The translations under genes were made by a program, and so were the position numbers. DNA of 36,412 nt from a virus (lineage: Duplodnaviria > Heunggongvirae > Uroviricota > Caudoviricetes): IMG/VR virus record IMGVR_UViG_3300043436_004120, positions 64,001 to 100,412 of that record. One strand, 5' to 3'. Below the pieces are notes generated by a model. The model made no database searches. It had not been told where the DNA came from and saw only the letters and a list, made by a program, of their open reading frames with translations. Positions 10,501 to 20,238 of the stretch are shown here, in pieces (within the stretch, counting starts at the first letter, position 1; every line of letters starts with the position of its first letter).

Positions 10501-12530
10501 GACCACTTACCATCAATTAGTGCAGGACTAGCACGTCCAGCAGCACATATGTCTCGCAATACGTCTAGTATACTGCGAGCACTAGTTAATACATTATTGT
10601 ACTCAAAACCTTTAGTTTGGCAGTAGTTGTAGAAGTACTGAAGTTGTGTTAAGTTAATTTGCGTGCTTGCATTTGTAACACGACGTGGATTTGCTGGATG
10701 TTCTAGTACATAACGCATTAATGCGGCTGGATTACTTGTAGGACCCTCTCCCCATAAACTACCGTTCCAAATTTTGCACCAAGTTTGTACAACTGCACTA
10801 ATACCTTCCAAATTACCGTTTAGTTGTTCAGAAGCTTGAATTTTAAAAGCAGTTTTGGCAATTTTGGCACCAACAGGATCTACTGCAGGACTGTTGTTTC
10901 TAACAAAAGTTATGTTTTGTAGTACTGAATCAAAGTAGTATCTACGCTCTGTATTATCTTCAGTATTATCACCCGTTTCTCTGCGAATACGTATAACTAG
11001 CTGATTTTGATTGAACGGGTATGATTTAGTAAAAGTAAAAGCATCTTTTTTAGCTGTATCACCACCTATCGTAAACACCTCTTGTAAAGTATACGTAGAT
11101 CCATTGTTAACGGAATACTCTACTCTAAATTGTACACCAACAGCAGCAGAATCTCCGGCACCGCTTCCCTTGGTTTTAATATAGCGTAAACCTTGTGGAA
11201 AGTGTAAGTCAATTCGGACTTGGGTAACCGGCACCGGTAGCCCAGTAGCTACATCTGTTTCTACGTTTGTACTAGCATTTACCCAAGGGCCTGGTGGGGT
11301 AACTGTACTTTCTGGATTTCCGTCACAAACTAACAAACCTGCTTGAATAGCCGGGGAATAGTCTTGTCCATAAATAGCATCAAAAGCTACCTTTTCTGCA
11401 GTAGTAGGCTCATTTATTCTGTTAAGTGTAGCAATTTGATGTTTTGGATAATCTGTTAGTGGAACGCCACCAATCCGTAGTGTACTAGCATCAATATTTA
11501 ATGGGCCGTATCCCCATACAAGTAACATTGATAAGAAGCTGTCACGTTCATTTTCAAAGGACAAATAGTTGTTGGAACCCAATGGTGGAGTAATACGTAG
11601 TTTACCTAAGATAACAGGTATTGAACCGTATGGATTACCACGATTTTGACCGCCTGCAATCATCTCCTGACGCAGTGCTGTGCCTGGGTCACGTGGATCT
11701 GCTGGTGGACGAATTGGTGCAATTGCATTGATTAAGGCACCTCCAATAAGGTGCACTGCTGCCATAGTACCAAAGTATATGCCATAACCCATGGCAGCTG
11801 TAATTGTAACACCAGCAACCGCTGCTGCTTGTAACATCTGAGTAGCAATAATTGGCGCGTATACGCTGATTGCAATAACTGCAACTATTCTTAGTGCTTC
11901 TTTGCCAGGTACTGCACGATACTCTAGTGTGTCGCCAAGCTGAATTACTCGCGAACTCCAAGACTCTTGTGGAACTACAATGCCATTAACTAAAACACTA
12001 ATACGGCTTTTAAGCTCTGGCTGAATGTCGTGTTCTTGGCATATGTTTTGCACAAGCTCACTTACACGAGTACCTGGTACCACAGTGGTTAAATAACGCT
12101 CAGTTTTTAATGGATGAGGCACTGCATTTAAAACAGCATTAGCACCTTCTGAATAATTATAAAACCCAACAACGCGCTTAAACCATTTAGCATTTTCTAA
12201 AGACTCAATAACGCTATCACGACCTTCGCGTACGTGAATAAAGCGTGAATTGTCTACAACCACACCAATATGTGATTCAGTACCAAACATACGGAATAAT
12301 ACAACACAACCAGTTTTTGGAGTTTCTAGCAGCTCCCAACCTTCTTTGTATTGTGCAAATAGTTCGCCAATACGCTGATCGTCGCTTAACTCATAATCTT
12401 CAACAAAACTTGGTAGTGTAATATCGTACTGTTGCTTATAAATTAAACGCACTAAACCCCAGCAGTCTACTCCTGACTCGTCACGTCCTTTTTCTAGGAA
12501 CGGAATACCAATGTATTTTTCAAAATTCAT
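7587..12530 (-). CDS. Tail-tip protein: NlpC/P60 (gpK-like), ubiquitin-like (gpI-like) and gpJ-like tip/host-specificity domains fused (1647 aa)
   Basis: N-terminal GRD..GVDCWGLV...HIGVV...FIH; then VLVNG...GDTLEYRAVPG; then NPYGSIPVILG and TSNPAALMRYVL, FN3-like repeats, and a terminal FCCH-like module. Confidence 0.85.
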   Translation of the reverse strand: MNFEKYIGIPFLEKGRDESGVDCWGLVRLIYKQQYDITLPSFVEDYELSDDQRIGELFAQYKEGWELLETPKTGCVVLFRMFGTESHIGVVVDNSRFIHVREGRDSVIESLENAKWFKRVVGFYNYSEGANAVLNAVPHPLKTERYLTTVVPGTRVSELVQNICQEHDIQPELKSRISVLVNGIVVPQESWSSRVIQLGDTLEYRAVPGKEALRIVAVIAISVYAPIIATQMLQAAAVAGVTITAAMGYGIYFGTMAAVHLIGGALINAIAPIRPPADPRDPGTALRQEMIAGGQNRGNPYGSIPVILGKLRITPPLGSNNYLSFENERDSFLSMLLVWGYGPLNIDASTLRIGGVPLTDYPKHQIATLNRINEPTTAEKVAFDAIYGQDYSPAIQAGLLVCDGNPESTVTPPGPWVNASTNVETDVATGLPVPVTQVRIDLHFPQGLRYIKTKGSGAGDSAAVGVQFRVEYSVNNGSTYTLQEVFTIGGDTAKKDAFTFTKSYPFNQNQLVIRIRRETGDNTEDNTERRYYFDSVLQNITFVRNNSPAVDPVGAKIAKTAFKIQASEQLNGNLEGISAVVQTWCKIWNGSLWGEGPTSNPAALMRYVLEHPANPRRVTNASTQINLTQLQYFYNYCQTKGFEYNNVLTSARSILDVLRDICAAGRASPALIDGKWSVIIDEPRSNIVQHFTPHNSWGFEGNKGLPKRPDGLRVTYYDQDQDYQEAEIIVYDIGKGTNNATLFESITLPGVTKKSLVIDHARWHMAQMKLRPEVYVLNTDLEYLVCNRGDRVKVMHDVPMWGLASGRVKNRISSTQLELDEAVPMKPGITYTVRFRSKTGGSVARQVVTVLQDGYYSTITLTSSVTTAEADNSDLFLFGEVNKESQDLIVLSIEPSTNNTARLTLVDYGVTSTGVTPAYNIFTDYLSLTASTVFESQISLPQTLQSNTFGNKIPTITKFVSDESVMEYVSKGVFKYNINVAYTNSADLPSTTSHVLAEYELSNSTTVVGAKTVLAPVQNGSVNLPDVLEGQTYRVRLRYVSSTGTTGKWTAYSNHMVVGKNNPPAQVTGFTVVPDKASGQLKLSWNANLEADTYTYEVRKANSEWSFANSNRLFLGDSINTFVEYPGNTSTIYYIKAVDSSGNYSVLASSATFTLSAVPNITNLEHSYFDTSLTNATVILSWLDVVPTQFAVEYYEVTYVSGLETITNNVKSNTITLPADWVGNRAFTVKTVDILGNKSSGYTGNITKLAPNPVTNYRAQIIDNNVLLYWINGAKTSLPIAHVLLKRSSPTGTWATATVLGTKSGEFTSISELSGGDYVYWLAAVDTDGVESTPVEIPATVSQPPDFKFIAEFISPLTGTLSNAKSYAGELFLPVNTTETWTTHFTSRSWAGPSAQVAAGYPIFIQPGTSSGFYEEIFDCGTILASSQITLNSVETDVAGSTTSVTTMSISTDGITYSIIPARNAFATNFRFIKVRIEVSQNSLGSIRKISDLRIRLDSKQKSEANYVTVPEAGKIVNFDSEFIDVQSIILTPAGTSTASIISVYDFKDTVITGTYSVTSNTATITATNHGLVAGQKVRLYFTTGTGISGLYIIQTVISVNSYTVSMVTSNTSGNVSTYPNSMIIYSFTSNTGAAVASTTSYQIKGY

Positions 12531-12539
12531 AACGATCCT

Positions 12540-13061
12540 TTAAAACATTCCAGGAAAGTATCTTGGAGTAAACGAGTGCATTGGAAAAGGTTCACGCTCA
12601 TAATCAATCATAGCTAAATCAGCAGTAACAGCTTGAGCATTGTAACTAAAATTGTTGATATAAAACTCTGAAAATGAAACTTCTACGATATTTGGAGTTT
12701 TTGCTAGTACAAGCTCTAGCTTGATTCGTGGAGGAGCTGTAATAGTGCGAATAATTGGCGTAATATAGCCTGTGACGTCATTTAGTACAATTGAACATCT
12801 TGGCGCCTGTGCTTCGTCTTCACTGGGAAGTGAGATTTGCATAGGTATAAATGTATAATCAAAATTATTACTGGTTACACCGTATACTACGTCATCATCT
12901 GTTTCTGAAATACGCTTAGTAAATCCATCGGCTAACCTGGCAATAACTTCTGACTCATTTAATGGATTGTAGACTGTTAATAATGTAATTAAATCATCAT
13001 CAGAATCTGGCGAAAACACAGCTTTGATAGCTGCTGCCGACATGGAAGTTAAACGACTCAT
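12540..13061 (-). CDS. Minor tail protein (DUF1833-like, gpL position)
   Basis: IPMQISLPSED...SIVLNDV...EPFP..SFTP..FPGMF signature; lies between the distal tail and NlpC genes. Confidence 0.75.
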   Translation of the reverse strand: MSRLTSMSAAAIKAVFSPDSDDDLITLLTVYNPLNESEVIARLADGFTKRISETDDDVVYGVTSNNFDYTFIPMQISLPSEDEAQAPRCSIVLNDVTGYITPIIRTITAPPRIKLELVLAKTPNIVEVSFSEFYINNFSYNAQAVTADLAMIDYEREPFPMHSFTPRYFPGMF

Positions 13062-13423
13062 GGTAGTATTTCTAGTTGTAAGCTAACTGTCCAGTAGCCT
13101 GGAGCTAAGTAAGTAAAAGTGTACATTTGTCCATCGCCTTGTGGAATTATGCGAGTTTCCACTATGGTGTTTAAGCGAGGATGTGTAAAACCAAATCTGG
13201 CAGTGCCTTGCAGTGTATTTTTAACAAAAGTTTCCAGTGCTTGTGTTTGTGTTGTGGTCATTATAAAAGTTACCTGCAACCCTTGTGGAAGTTGACCACG
13301 GCGACGTTGTTTGGCAGGTCCAGAGTCCATTGGAGTTCTTAATATTAAAACTCCGCCAGTCTCCACAAAACCTTTTTGTGGAGACTGGGGTAAGGATGCT
13401 GGCCATACATAACTATAGGCCAT
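13058..13423 (-). CDS. Distal tail protein (gpM-like)
   Basis: WPASLPQ...RTPMDSGPAKQRRR motif; immediately downstream of the tape measure gene. Confidence 0.75.
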   Translation of the reverse strand: MAYSYVWPASLPQSPQKGFVETGGVLILRTPMDSGPAKQRRRGQLPQGLQVTFIMTTTQTQALETFVKNTLQGTARFGFTHPRLNTIVETRIIPQGDGQMYTFTYLAPGYWTVSLQLEILP

Positions 13424-13426
13424 ATT

Positions 13427-16400
13427 TTATCTCCTAATTAGTTGAGGCTTTAGCCCAAAAGTACCACCAACGGCTTTTTGTGATGCACTGCCGCTGCGAG
13501 ATATTTCACCAGCAGCCATGTCGCCAATGGTTACTTCAATCTTGCGATTGCCGCGTGAATCAGTGGTTTCACGAGTTTCGGCCTTTTCAGTACCAAAGTT
13601 GTTAACAACAACTTCAACCGTTGAGCCGCCACCAGGTCCGCGAACTCCCAAGTTGCCTTGGCTGTCACGCTTTAGGGGCATAATAGCTTCTGGTCCTGCT
13701 TCACCCATTAGGCCTGTGCCTTTGGCAAACTTAAACAGTGTTGGTGAATCTACTATTTGATTGGTAAATGTTCCGCCTTTGGCAAATGCTTGGATACCAT
13801 AGTCAAAAGTACCGCCTTTGGCAAAACCAACATCGCCAGATCGAGCTCCTGCAAACATTCCTGTAGAGCTTACTCCTGGTATAACACTAGCACCTGGAAT
13901 CATACTCATAATAGCTGGGCGTAACGCACTCCAAATACTCATAGACTGCTGACGTAGTTCAAATCTAGCAATGTCTGCAATCATGGTATTTATTAAGTCA
14001 CTAAAACTTATTTTACCAGTTTGTGCAAATTGCAGTATTGCGTCCGCCATATTGTCAAAACTATTTTTAAATATGTCTTCATATGCCAATTGGCGCTGAA
14101 CTAATTGTTGATTTAACACAAGCAGATTTTTTGTAGCATCAAATTGACGCTCGATTGCAGCAGTCCCAGAGTTTCTAGCAGCTTCTGCGGCTTTTTGAGC
14201 TGCGATTGTTTCTGGACTTTCGCCGCCTTGTTGTGCAATTTTTTTACGAATATCTAAGGTTGCAAGGGTGAACTTTTGTTCTTCTTCTAGTAGTGCATTA
14301 GAGCGCTCTAGTCCGGCTTGTTGTATACCTAGTAAATATTTACGGCTATTGAACTCGTCTTGAGTTACACGACCACGTTCTAAGTCTTTGTCTAAGCTTG
14401 CTTGTTTGTACTCTAGATCATTTTTGGCGACTTGTAAAGCCTCTAGTTGATTTGTATAAGATTTTTTCTCGTAAGTTTCTACTATGCTTAAAAAGTCGAG
14501 TTCGCTTGCCGAATTTAGTGCTCGGCTGGCTATGATTTCTGCAATATCTTGTTCTACTTTTAGTCTTCTGCTAGCTTCTGCGGTATTAGCACTATCCCGT
14601 GGACGTAACTCAGCTCGGCGAAGTGCGGCAGCAGGATCTATCAATGCTTTGCCCTGTTCAATAGCAGATTTTTGTCCAGCGAACTCAGCAGTAGTCATTG
14701 ACTGACGGTTAAGCTCCAGTTCTTTTAACATCGTATCGTACTGCATTTTTGCAATTGCAGCTTCATCATTTATTAACTTAAACTGTTCATTTAACTTAAC
14801 TTGCTCACCCTTAATTTCATTTTCTTTGATTTTTTGTCTTGTGGACGCTTCTGCTCGTGCACTTGGCAGCCTACTTTGGACTGCTGCAAGTACATCGCCA
14901 GTTAAAGCAGCCGGTGTCTGCAACATACTTTGTAGTTGGTCAACAGTTTTATTTTGGATAGCTTTTGCAACTTCTAGAGTACGGAACTGTTTGTCTAATT
15001 CAGGGTCACGTAACCTGGCTTCACGCTCATCCTTTGTACCAAACTCAGCCATTTTTTGTCTGAGTCTGTCTGTATAAGTTTGTTCTTCTATTGCCAAACG
15101 TAGATTATCGTTAGATTGAATTAGTGTTAACTGCGATCTTAACTGTTCAGTATCTAAGCCGAGGGCTCTTTGCTCTAGTTTAGTTTCTTCAACAGTTCTG
15201 CTTCTTGGATCAATTATACCTTGTAAGCTAGTTTTTTCCAATTCTAAACGGGCTTTTTTGGCACCCAGCTCTATACCAGCTTGAAATCTTTCAATGTTTG
15301 CCAACAAACCTTGTTGTAGCGCAGTATTAAATACTCGCTCAGCTTGTTGCAGTTTAGGGCCCAGGTCTTGTTCTCTAGTTTTTGCTAGAAGCTTAGCCTG
15401 GTCAATAAGTTTATCGTATTGTTTAACTGCAATTGCTAAATCTAATTGATCTTCGCCTTCTGCATTTCTTAATGCCTGTTTTGCCTGCAGTCTTCCTTCT
15501 TCGAGTGCTTTTATATCACCAAGCCCTTGTGCAATATCTAGATTTACCAACTGTAAGCTTTTAGAAATAGCCAATACTTCTTTAGCTTGATCTAATGGCA
15601 GTAGTTGTAAAAATCTTACATCTTGTGAAGTTGTACTTAGTAGTGCTAGTTTATCAACTAAATTAGCACTGTCCAATACTTTGGAAAACTCCATTAATTG
15701 CTTGGAAGAATTGGCGGCAAAACGCGAAAGCGGGTCAGTTGCTAGAAAAGTATTTGACAGATCTTGATACAGTTTAGAAGATTCGGCTAAACTATCTACG
15801 AAGACTTTTACGGATCCAGCACTTCTTTCCGCGTCTTTACCGATTTTATCTAAAACCTGACTCAGTTCTTTTCTTAGTGCCGGGCCTGCTTTTTCGGCAG
15901 CCTTTCTAATTTCAGATAAAGAAGCTGTAGCACTTAAACTTAATACAGTAGTTAATTTTTCACGTAAAGTATCTACTTGAGTAGCTGTGGCTGCTGATTT
16001 TATAGCACTGTCTATAGTGTCTACTAATTGTTTTGTTATTCTTTCTTCTGTGTTTGTGCCAAAAATTCCGGAAACCCAGTTAGCAAATGTATCTACAATA
16101 TTTCTTGCACTAATTTCTTTTTCAACATCATCCAATGCCTGAACTAAACTACCTGTAAGTGTGCTAAAAGCTGTGGCTTTGGCTGCCAGGGCTTGTGGCG
16201 TCAGTGACTCTAGGATAGGCTTTTTATTTAATCTGTCAATTGTATGTGATACACTATCAATAGCTCCACCAAGTGTATCCATAGATGTTTTTGCTTTTTC
16301 AGCTTCTTTAGCATTTTTTCCAAAGAAACTAGTAAACAGTTGATATGCAGTTATAAGTATACCAACAACTGCAAATAAATTACCAAAAGCGCTAGCTAAA

Positions 16401-18013
16401 CCGATTATTTTAGTAGTTGTAACAGCAACTGCTGCTGATACAGCTGTAAAAGCTCCACGTATTGTACCTAGTTGCTCTGTTTTAATACTGCTCATAGCTT
16501 TTACAAGGGCTGCACGAGCACCATCTACTTCTGTATCAATGCTTGCCTGACTAACTATACTACGACTTTTAGCCGCTGCTATAGCAGATGCTTCGCGGCG
16601 TAGTGCAATATTAGCGGCACTAAGTGCGTCCGATTCCCCTACATCAGGTTTTCTGGCAAGTTCTAAGTCAAACTGTTTTGCCGCATTCTTTGCGTCACGT
16701 GCAGCTCTTGCCCATTCAGTATACAAGTTTGTGCTACGCTTTAGGCTTTTACCGTGTGCATCAATTTTTGCTATGTCTTCATCTTTTATTAAACTAACGT
16801 CTTTTGCTGACATAATTTGTTTAAAGTCAGCTTGTATTCTGTTAGCTTTGCCAGCTCTTTCAGACTTTTCTACTAGTGAGGCTAATTTTTCTTCTTTGAT
16901 TAAGTAGGCATCTGCACGGGCTTCTAGTTGTTTTTGCATTGCAGGAGCTACTGCAACGGCATATGCTTCTTTGGCAGCTGTAGAACGTGCTCCAGCTAAT
17001 TCTTTTGCATCTTCAGCCGCTTGCTGTAGTCCTGCGCGATATTGTGTAACTGCAGGCAGTGCTTGTGTGGTTATTTTTAAACCAATAGCTGCAATTGCTG
17101 CTAACAGAGCATTAGGGCTTGAGCTTAAAAGGTCTACTAAGGGAACCAAGGCTCTGTTCATTACTTCTAAGATACTTTGAGCAGTGTTCTTTAAGCTAGC
17201 TAATAATTTGTCGTATGGGTTAGTTGGTATGTTGATTTCGCCGAACTTTGTTGCACCTTCGGTTAACACCGCATTAGCAAATGCTTGACGACGTTCAAAG
17301 TCTGTTAGTTGGCTGGCTGCTTTACCTACTTTACGCGCATAATCCTCAGTGGCAGGACCAATTTTAGTAAAAATACCCAATTCATCTAACAGTTCTGGTT
17401 CTAACTTAACAATACCGCGAGTAAGACGACTAACAGCGTCACTCATGTTAATACCAAGTGCTTGTGAGGCTTGCTTGGCTACTTCGCCTAATTTAATAAA
17501 CTGTGTTTGTGAAAGTCCTGCACTAATAGCTTTTGCAGTTGACTCCATAGACTCGCGCAAACTAATTGCCCCGCCACTGGCATCTGCGAACTGTTTGGCC
17601 AAGTTTCCCATTGCCACACCGCTGGCTGCACCCAGTTGGTTTAAGCCTTGTACCATGTTAGTGGTATTCATAGCTTGCGAAAGTGCGTTAAACGCGGCAC
17701 TAACTGCAAATACGTTAGCAGCATATGTAGCGTATAGTCGAACCAAACCACCAAGACCTTGTGCTTGGTTGGCAAAGTCTCGACCAGCTGCGCCAGTGGA
17801 TCCCATTGATCCACGTGCTTGCCCATATGCAGTACCTTCACCGGGCATAGACGGTCCTAGGCTTGCTTTAACAGCTCCGGCTCCAGTACGAGTACCTGTT
17901 GCTAACTGCTGAGATTTTGTTAATTCTTTGTTAAGATTTTGTACTTCACTGGTACGCTTCTTAATGCTTGATGACTGGTCTTGTAAACTTAAGTCAATTT
18001 TTACTTGTGCCAT
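13427..18013 (-). CDS. Tail tape measure protein (1528 aa)
   Basis: Long alanine-rich helical protein; T5 pb2-like N-terminus (GRDFANQAQGLGGLVRLYATYAANVFA); lambdoid-type C-terminus (FAKGG...MGEAGPEAIMPL). Confidence 0.92.
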   Translation of the reverse strand: MAQVKIDLSLQDQSSSIKKRTSEVQNLNKELTKSQQLATGTRTGAGAVKASLGPSMPGEGTAYGQARGSMGSTGAAGRDFANQAQGLGGLVRLYATYAANVFAVSAAFNALSQAMNTTNMVQGLNQLGAASGVAMGNLAKQFADASGGAISLRESMESTAKAISAGLSQTQFIKLGEVAKQASQALGINMSDAVSRLTRGIVKLEPELLDELGIFTKIGPATEDYARKVGKAASQLTDFERRQAFANAVLTEGATKFGEINIPTNPYDKLLASLKNTAQSILEVMNRALVPLVDLLSSSPNALLAAIAAIGLKITTQALPAVTQYRAGLQQAAEDAKELAGARSTAAKEAYAVAVAPAMQKQLEARADAYLIKEEKLASLVEKSERAGKANRIQADFKQIMSAKDVSLIKDEDIAKIDAHGKSLKRSTNLYTEWARAARDAKNAAKQFDLELARKPDVGESDALSAANIALRREASAIAAAKSRSIVSQASIDTEVDGARAALVKAMSSIKTEQLGTIRGAFTAVSAAVAVTTTKIIGLASAFGNLFAVVGILITAYQLFTSFFGKNAKEAEKAKTSMDTLGGAIDSVSHTIDRLNKKPILESLTPQALAAKATAFSTLTGSLVQALDDVEKEISARNIVDTFANWVSGIFGTNTEERITKQLVDTIDSAIKSAATATQVDTLREKLTTVLSLSATASLSEIRKAAEKAGPALRKELSQVLDKIGKDAERSAGSVKVFVDSLAESSKLYQDLSNTFLATDPLSRFAANSSKQLMEFSKVLDSANLVDKLALLSTTSQDVRFLQLLPLDQAKEVLAISKSLQLVNLDIAQGLGDIKALEEGRLQAKQALRNAEGEDQLDLAIAVKQYDKLIDQAKLLAKTREQDLGPKLQQAERVFNTALQQGLLANIERFQAGIELGAKKARLELEKTSLQGIIDPRSRTVEETKLEQRALGLDTEQLRSQLTLIQSNDNLRLAIEEQTYTDRLRQKMAEFGTKDEREARLRDPELDKQFRTLEVAKAIQNKTVDQLQSMLQTPAALTGDVLAAVQSRLPSARAEASTRQKIKENEIKGEQVKLNEQFKLINDEAAIAKMQYDTMLKELELNRQSMTTAEFAGQKSAIEQGKALIDPAAALRRAELRPRDSANTAEASRRLKVEQDIAEIIASRALNSASELDFLSIVETYEKKSYTNQLEALQVAKNDLEYKQASLDKDLERGRVTQDEFNSRKYLLGIQQAGLERSNALLEEEQKFTLATLDIRKKIAQQGGESPETIAAQKAAEAARNSGTAAIERQFDATKNLLVLNQQLVQRQLAYEDIFKNSFDNMADAILQFAQTGKISFSDLINTMIADIARFELRQQSMSIWSALRPAIMSMIPGASVIPGVSSTGMFAGARSGDVGFAKGGTFDYGIQAFAKGGTFTNQIVDSPTLFKFAKGTGLMGEAGPEAIMPLKRDSQGNLGVRGPGGGSTVEVVVNNFGTEKAETRETTDSRGNRKIEVTIGDMAAGEISRSGSASQKAVGGTFGLKPQLIRR

Positions 18014-18070
18014 CTTTGCTCCTTGCTGGATTGGTGGCTAAATTTTTTCGAGTATGTTATACTAGCAATC

Positions 18071-18099
18071 ATTATATCACTTAACCAGTATAATGTCAA
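18071..18099 (-). promoter_or_regulatory. sigma70 promoter TTGACA-N17-TATAAT for the tape measure/tail tip operon
   Basis: + strand ATTATA 18071-18076 and TGTCAA 18094-18099. Confidence 0.75.
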
Positions 18100-18120
18100 A
18101 CCAAAAAATTTTTAACATAA

Positions 18121-18153
18121 AAAAGCCCGCTAATTTTTAGTTAGCGGGCTTTT
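18121..18153 (-). terminator. Intrinsic terminator
   Basis: AAAAGCCCGCTAA-N7-TTAGCGGGCTTTT. Confidence 0.8.
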
Positions 18154-18451
18154 CACTTTTTAACTTGTTAATCTCGTTTGACCGTACTTCGTCAATCATT
18201 CGTATCAACATTATTATAAACTTTTGTTCATCAGGCTCTACTTCGGTGGCTTCTAATACGTCTTTTACGCCTATTAAACTTTTACCTAAGTAATTGCCTC
18301 CCATAGTATCCCACTCATCTCGTAGCATTCGGTAAGCAGCAAAAGCTTGCTGTACTTCTACAGGAAAGTCGTCGTACTCTACAGGTATCTCTGACTCAAC
18401 AGGCTCCGAACCTAACATTTCGCACATTTCAAAATATGCTGTTTTTGTCAT
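18137..18451 (-). CDS. Tail assembly chaperone, downstream (T) part; probably reached by -1 frameshift
   Basis: T5-like position; the -1 frame is open from the slippery site at 18520-18526 into this ORF. Confidence 0.75.
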   Translation of the reverse strand: MTKTAYFEMCEMLGSEPVESEIPVEYDDFPVEVQQAFAAYRMLRDEWDTMGGNYLGKSLIGVKDVLEATEVEPDEQKFIIMLIRMIDEVRSNEINKLKSEKPAN

Positions 18452-18492
18452 GCTAACAGAGCCGTTTTGAATATAGCTGACCAGCTGCGCTT

Positions 18493-18909
18493 TTACTTGC
18501 TGGAGCTGGTCTTCGAAAAGTTTCCCAGGTCTGATACCTGTTCGCTTACAAACCCATCAAAGTTACTGGAGTTTTTCATCAAGTACAGTGCATTTTCTGG
18601 CGTAAACTCCAGCTCTGCGTCCATGTCTTGACCGGCTAAATCAACAGGCGCTAACTGCTCTAGGTAAGACAGTTTTAAGCCATTCCAGCCCTTTACGGCG
18701 CTGTCAACGTATAGTTGCAAGAACAGGTCTTCATTGAATTCTTCTGCTGCCTGACGATTCTTAAAAGTTGTTTTAGTGGACTTTTTGCGAATATTAATTA
18801 GTGTTTCACGGCTTAGGAAAGCTAAGCTAACTGTGAAACCAGGCATTCCTGGGTACTCTACCTCTACGGACTTACTGGGAACTAAAAGAGATTTTAGTGA
18901 AAGGGTCAT
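18493..18909 (-). CDS. Tail assembly chaperone (G part, T5-like)
   Basis: Follows the major tail gene; VEYPGMPGF...LSRE...AVKGW.GLK motif; ends near GGGAAAC. Confidence 0.8.
   Translation of the reverse strand: MTLSLKSLLVPSKSVEVEYPGMPGFTVSLAFLSRETLINIRKKSTKTTFKNRQAAEEFNEDLFLQLYVDSAVKGWNGLKLSYLEQLAPVDLAGQDMDAELEFTPENALYLMKNSSNFDGFVSEQVSDLGNFSKTSSSK
18520..18526 (-). other. -1 programmed ribosomal frameshift slippery heptamer G GGA AAC
   Basis: X XXY YYZ heptamer in the correct phase (CTG GGA AAC); -1 frame has no stop before the downstream ORF. Confidence 0.8.
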
Positions 18910-18931
18910 TTTTTATTTATATAATAAAGTG

Positions 18932-18961
18932 AAAAAGCGGTACCGGGGATCAGCCGGTACC
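18932..18961 (-). terminator. Intrinsic terminator after the major tail gene
   Basis: GGTACCGG-N7-CCGGTACC followed by GCTTTTT on the minus strand. Confidence 0.7.
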
Positions 18962-18979
18962 TTGTAAATAAGCTACTGC

Positions 18980-20164
18980 TTAAGCAATTGCTCTGTATTC
19001 AACTGTTAGTTCGTTGGTATTAGCTAAGTTATAAGCAGTTGTACTACCGGCTTGAGGCATTAGAGTAATTGTGCTGCTAATAACTTGTTCAGTACTGATT
19101 GCTGGAATTCCTAGCATTGTAAATGGCATCAGTAATGTAACTCTGTTGCTATTAGTGCTACCACCAAGATCGATTTGACAGTTAAATTGATTTTCGTCGT
19201 CTACGGTGCTCATTGCTAACAAGTCGCTTAACAGTGTGCTGGACTCGTTTGTGCCTGTGCGTAAGTAGCAGTTTACAGTTGCACTAATTGCACGAGTACC
19301 TGTGAACTGAGCTACTGGTACGTTAACTGTACCCAAGTTAGCTGGTGTTAAGTAAGTTAAGTTGTTGGCAATTGTTAAGCTACCGCCAGTTAGAGCAATA
19401 GTGTAGTTCTTAGCACCCTGACCTTGGAATGTTGTACGTGCCAGTGTCATTGTAGACAGCTTGTTGGCAATGTACTTGGCGTTTACATCGCGAATTTTAG
19501 CTGCACCAGTTAAACCACCTGTAAAGTCTACTTCGCTGTTAGCAACGTCGTCAACAAGAGTTGTAGTGGCTACTTGACTCATTGTTGTTCCACGACCAAC
19601 CCAAGCAATTGAAGCAATAGCATCTAAGCCGAAATCAATAGTAGCTGATTCAACAGCACAGTTGTTGATAACATAAACTGCACTTTCAAACGCAATAATT
19701 AAACCAAAACGTTGTAGTTGATGTGCGTTTGAATTACCAAAAGCAACAGTGCTCACAGGAGTTAAACCTGGTGTAACTGTCCAACCAGCACCGGCTTGAC
19801 CAATTGCCCCAGTACCGGCTAGTGCGTTCCACAATACCGATTCTTCGCAACCAATAAAGTCGTCGGAGTCTGGTGAGGCGTTAACAACCGTAGCTTCTTC
19901 AAACTTAGGGCGAATATAAGTTGAAAAACTCCAGTCCACTGGCTCTAGGCTGGTGTTAAAACTGCGCTGACCGCGAACAGGTACCGCACCTGCTTCATTA
20001 ACGGTAACAGTTTCTTGTGTTGTAGCTTGACTAAAACTAAACCCGTCTTGAACTTGAATTTCAAATGTGTTTGTTTTTGTAAGGCCTGTTAAAAGTACGG
20101 CTCCAGAAGAGTTCACGTTTGTTGTGAAAAATACTCTACTGTTACGAATCAAATTAAATGACAT
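18980..20164 (-). CDS. Major tail tube protein (T5 pb6-like)
   Basis: RNSRVFFTT...IQVQDGFSFSQ...RGQRSFNT.LEPV.WSFSTYIRP pattern and synteny. Confidence 0.85.
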   Translation of the reverse strand: MSFNLIRNSRVFFTTNVNSSGAVLLTGLTKTNTFEIQVQDGFSFSQATTQETVTVNEAGAVPVRGQRSFNTSLEPVDWSFSTYIRPKFEEATVVNASPDSDDFIGCEESVLWNALAGTGAIGQAGAGWTVTPGLTPVSTVAFGNSNAHQLQRFGLIIAFESAVYVINNCAVESATIDFGLDAIASIAWVGRGTTMSQVATTTLVDDVANSEVDFTGGLTGAAKIRDVNAKYIANKLSTMTLARTTFQGQGAKNYTIALTGGSLTIANNLTYLTPANLGTVNVPVAQFTGTRAISATVNCYLRTGTNESSTLLSDLLAMSTVDDENQFNCQIDLGGSTNSNRVTLLMPFTMLGIPAISTEQVISSTITLMPQAGSTTAYNLANTNELTVEYRAIA

Positions 20165-20238
20165 AATGGTATCCTTAAATGTTGATAACCTTTTACCGTA
20201 GCTAGACTATTATCTGCGTTTGGTTTTTTGGTTATAGG

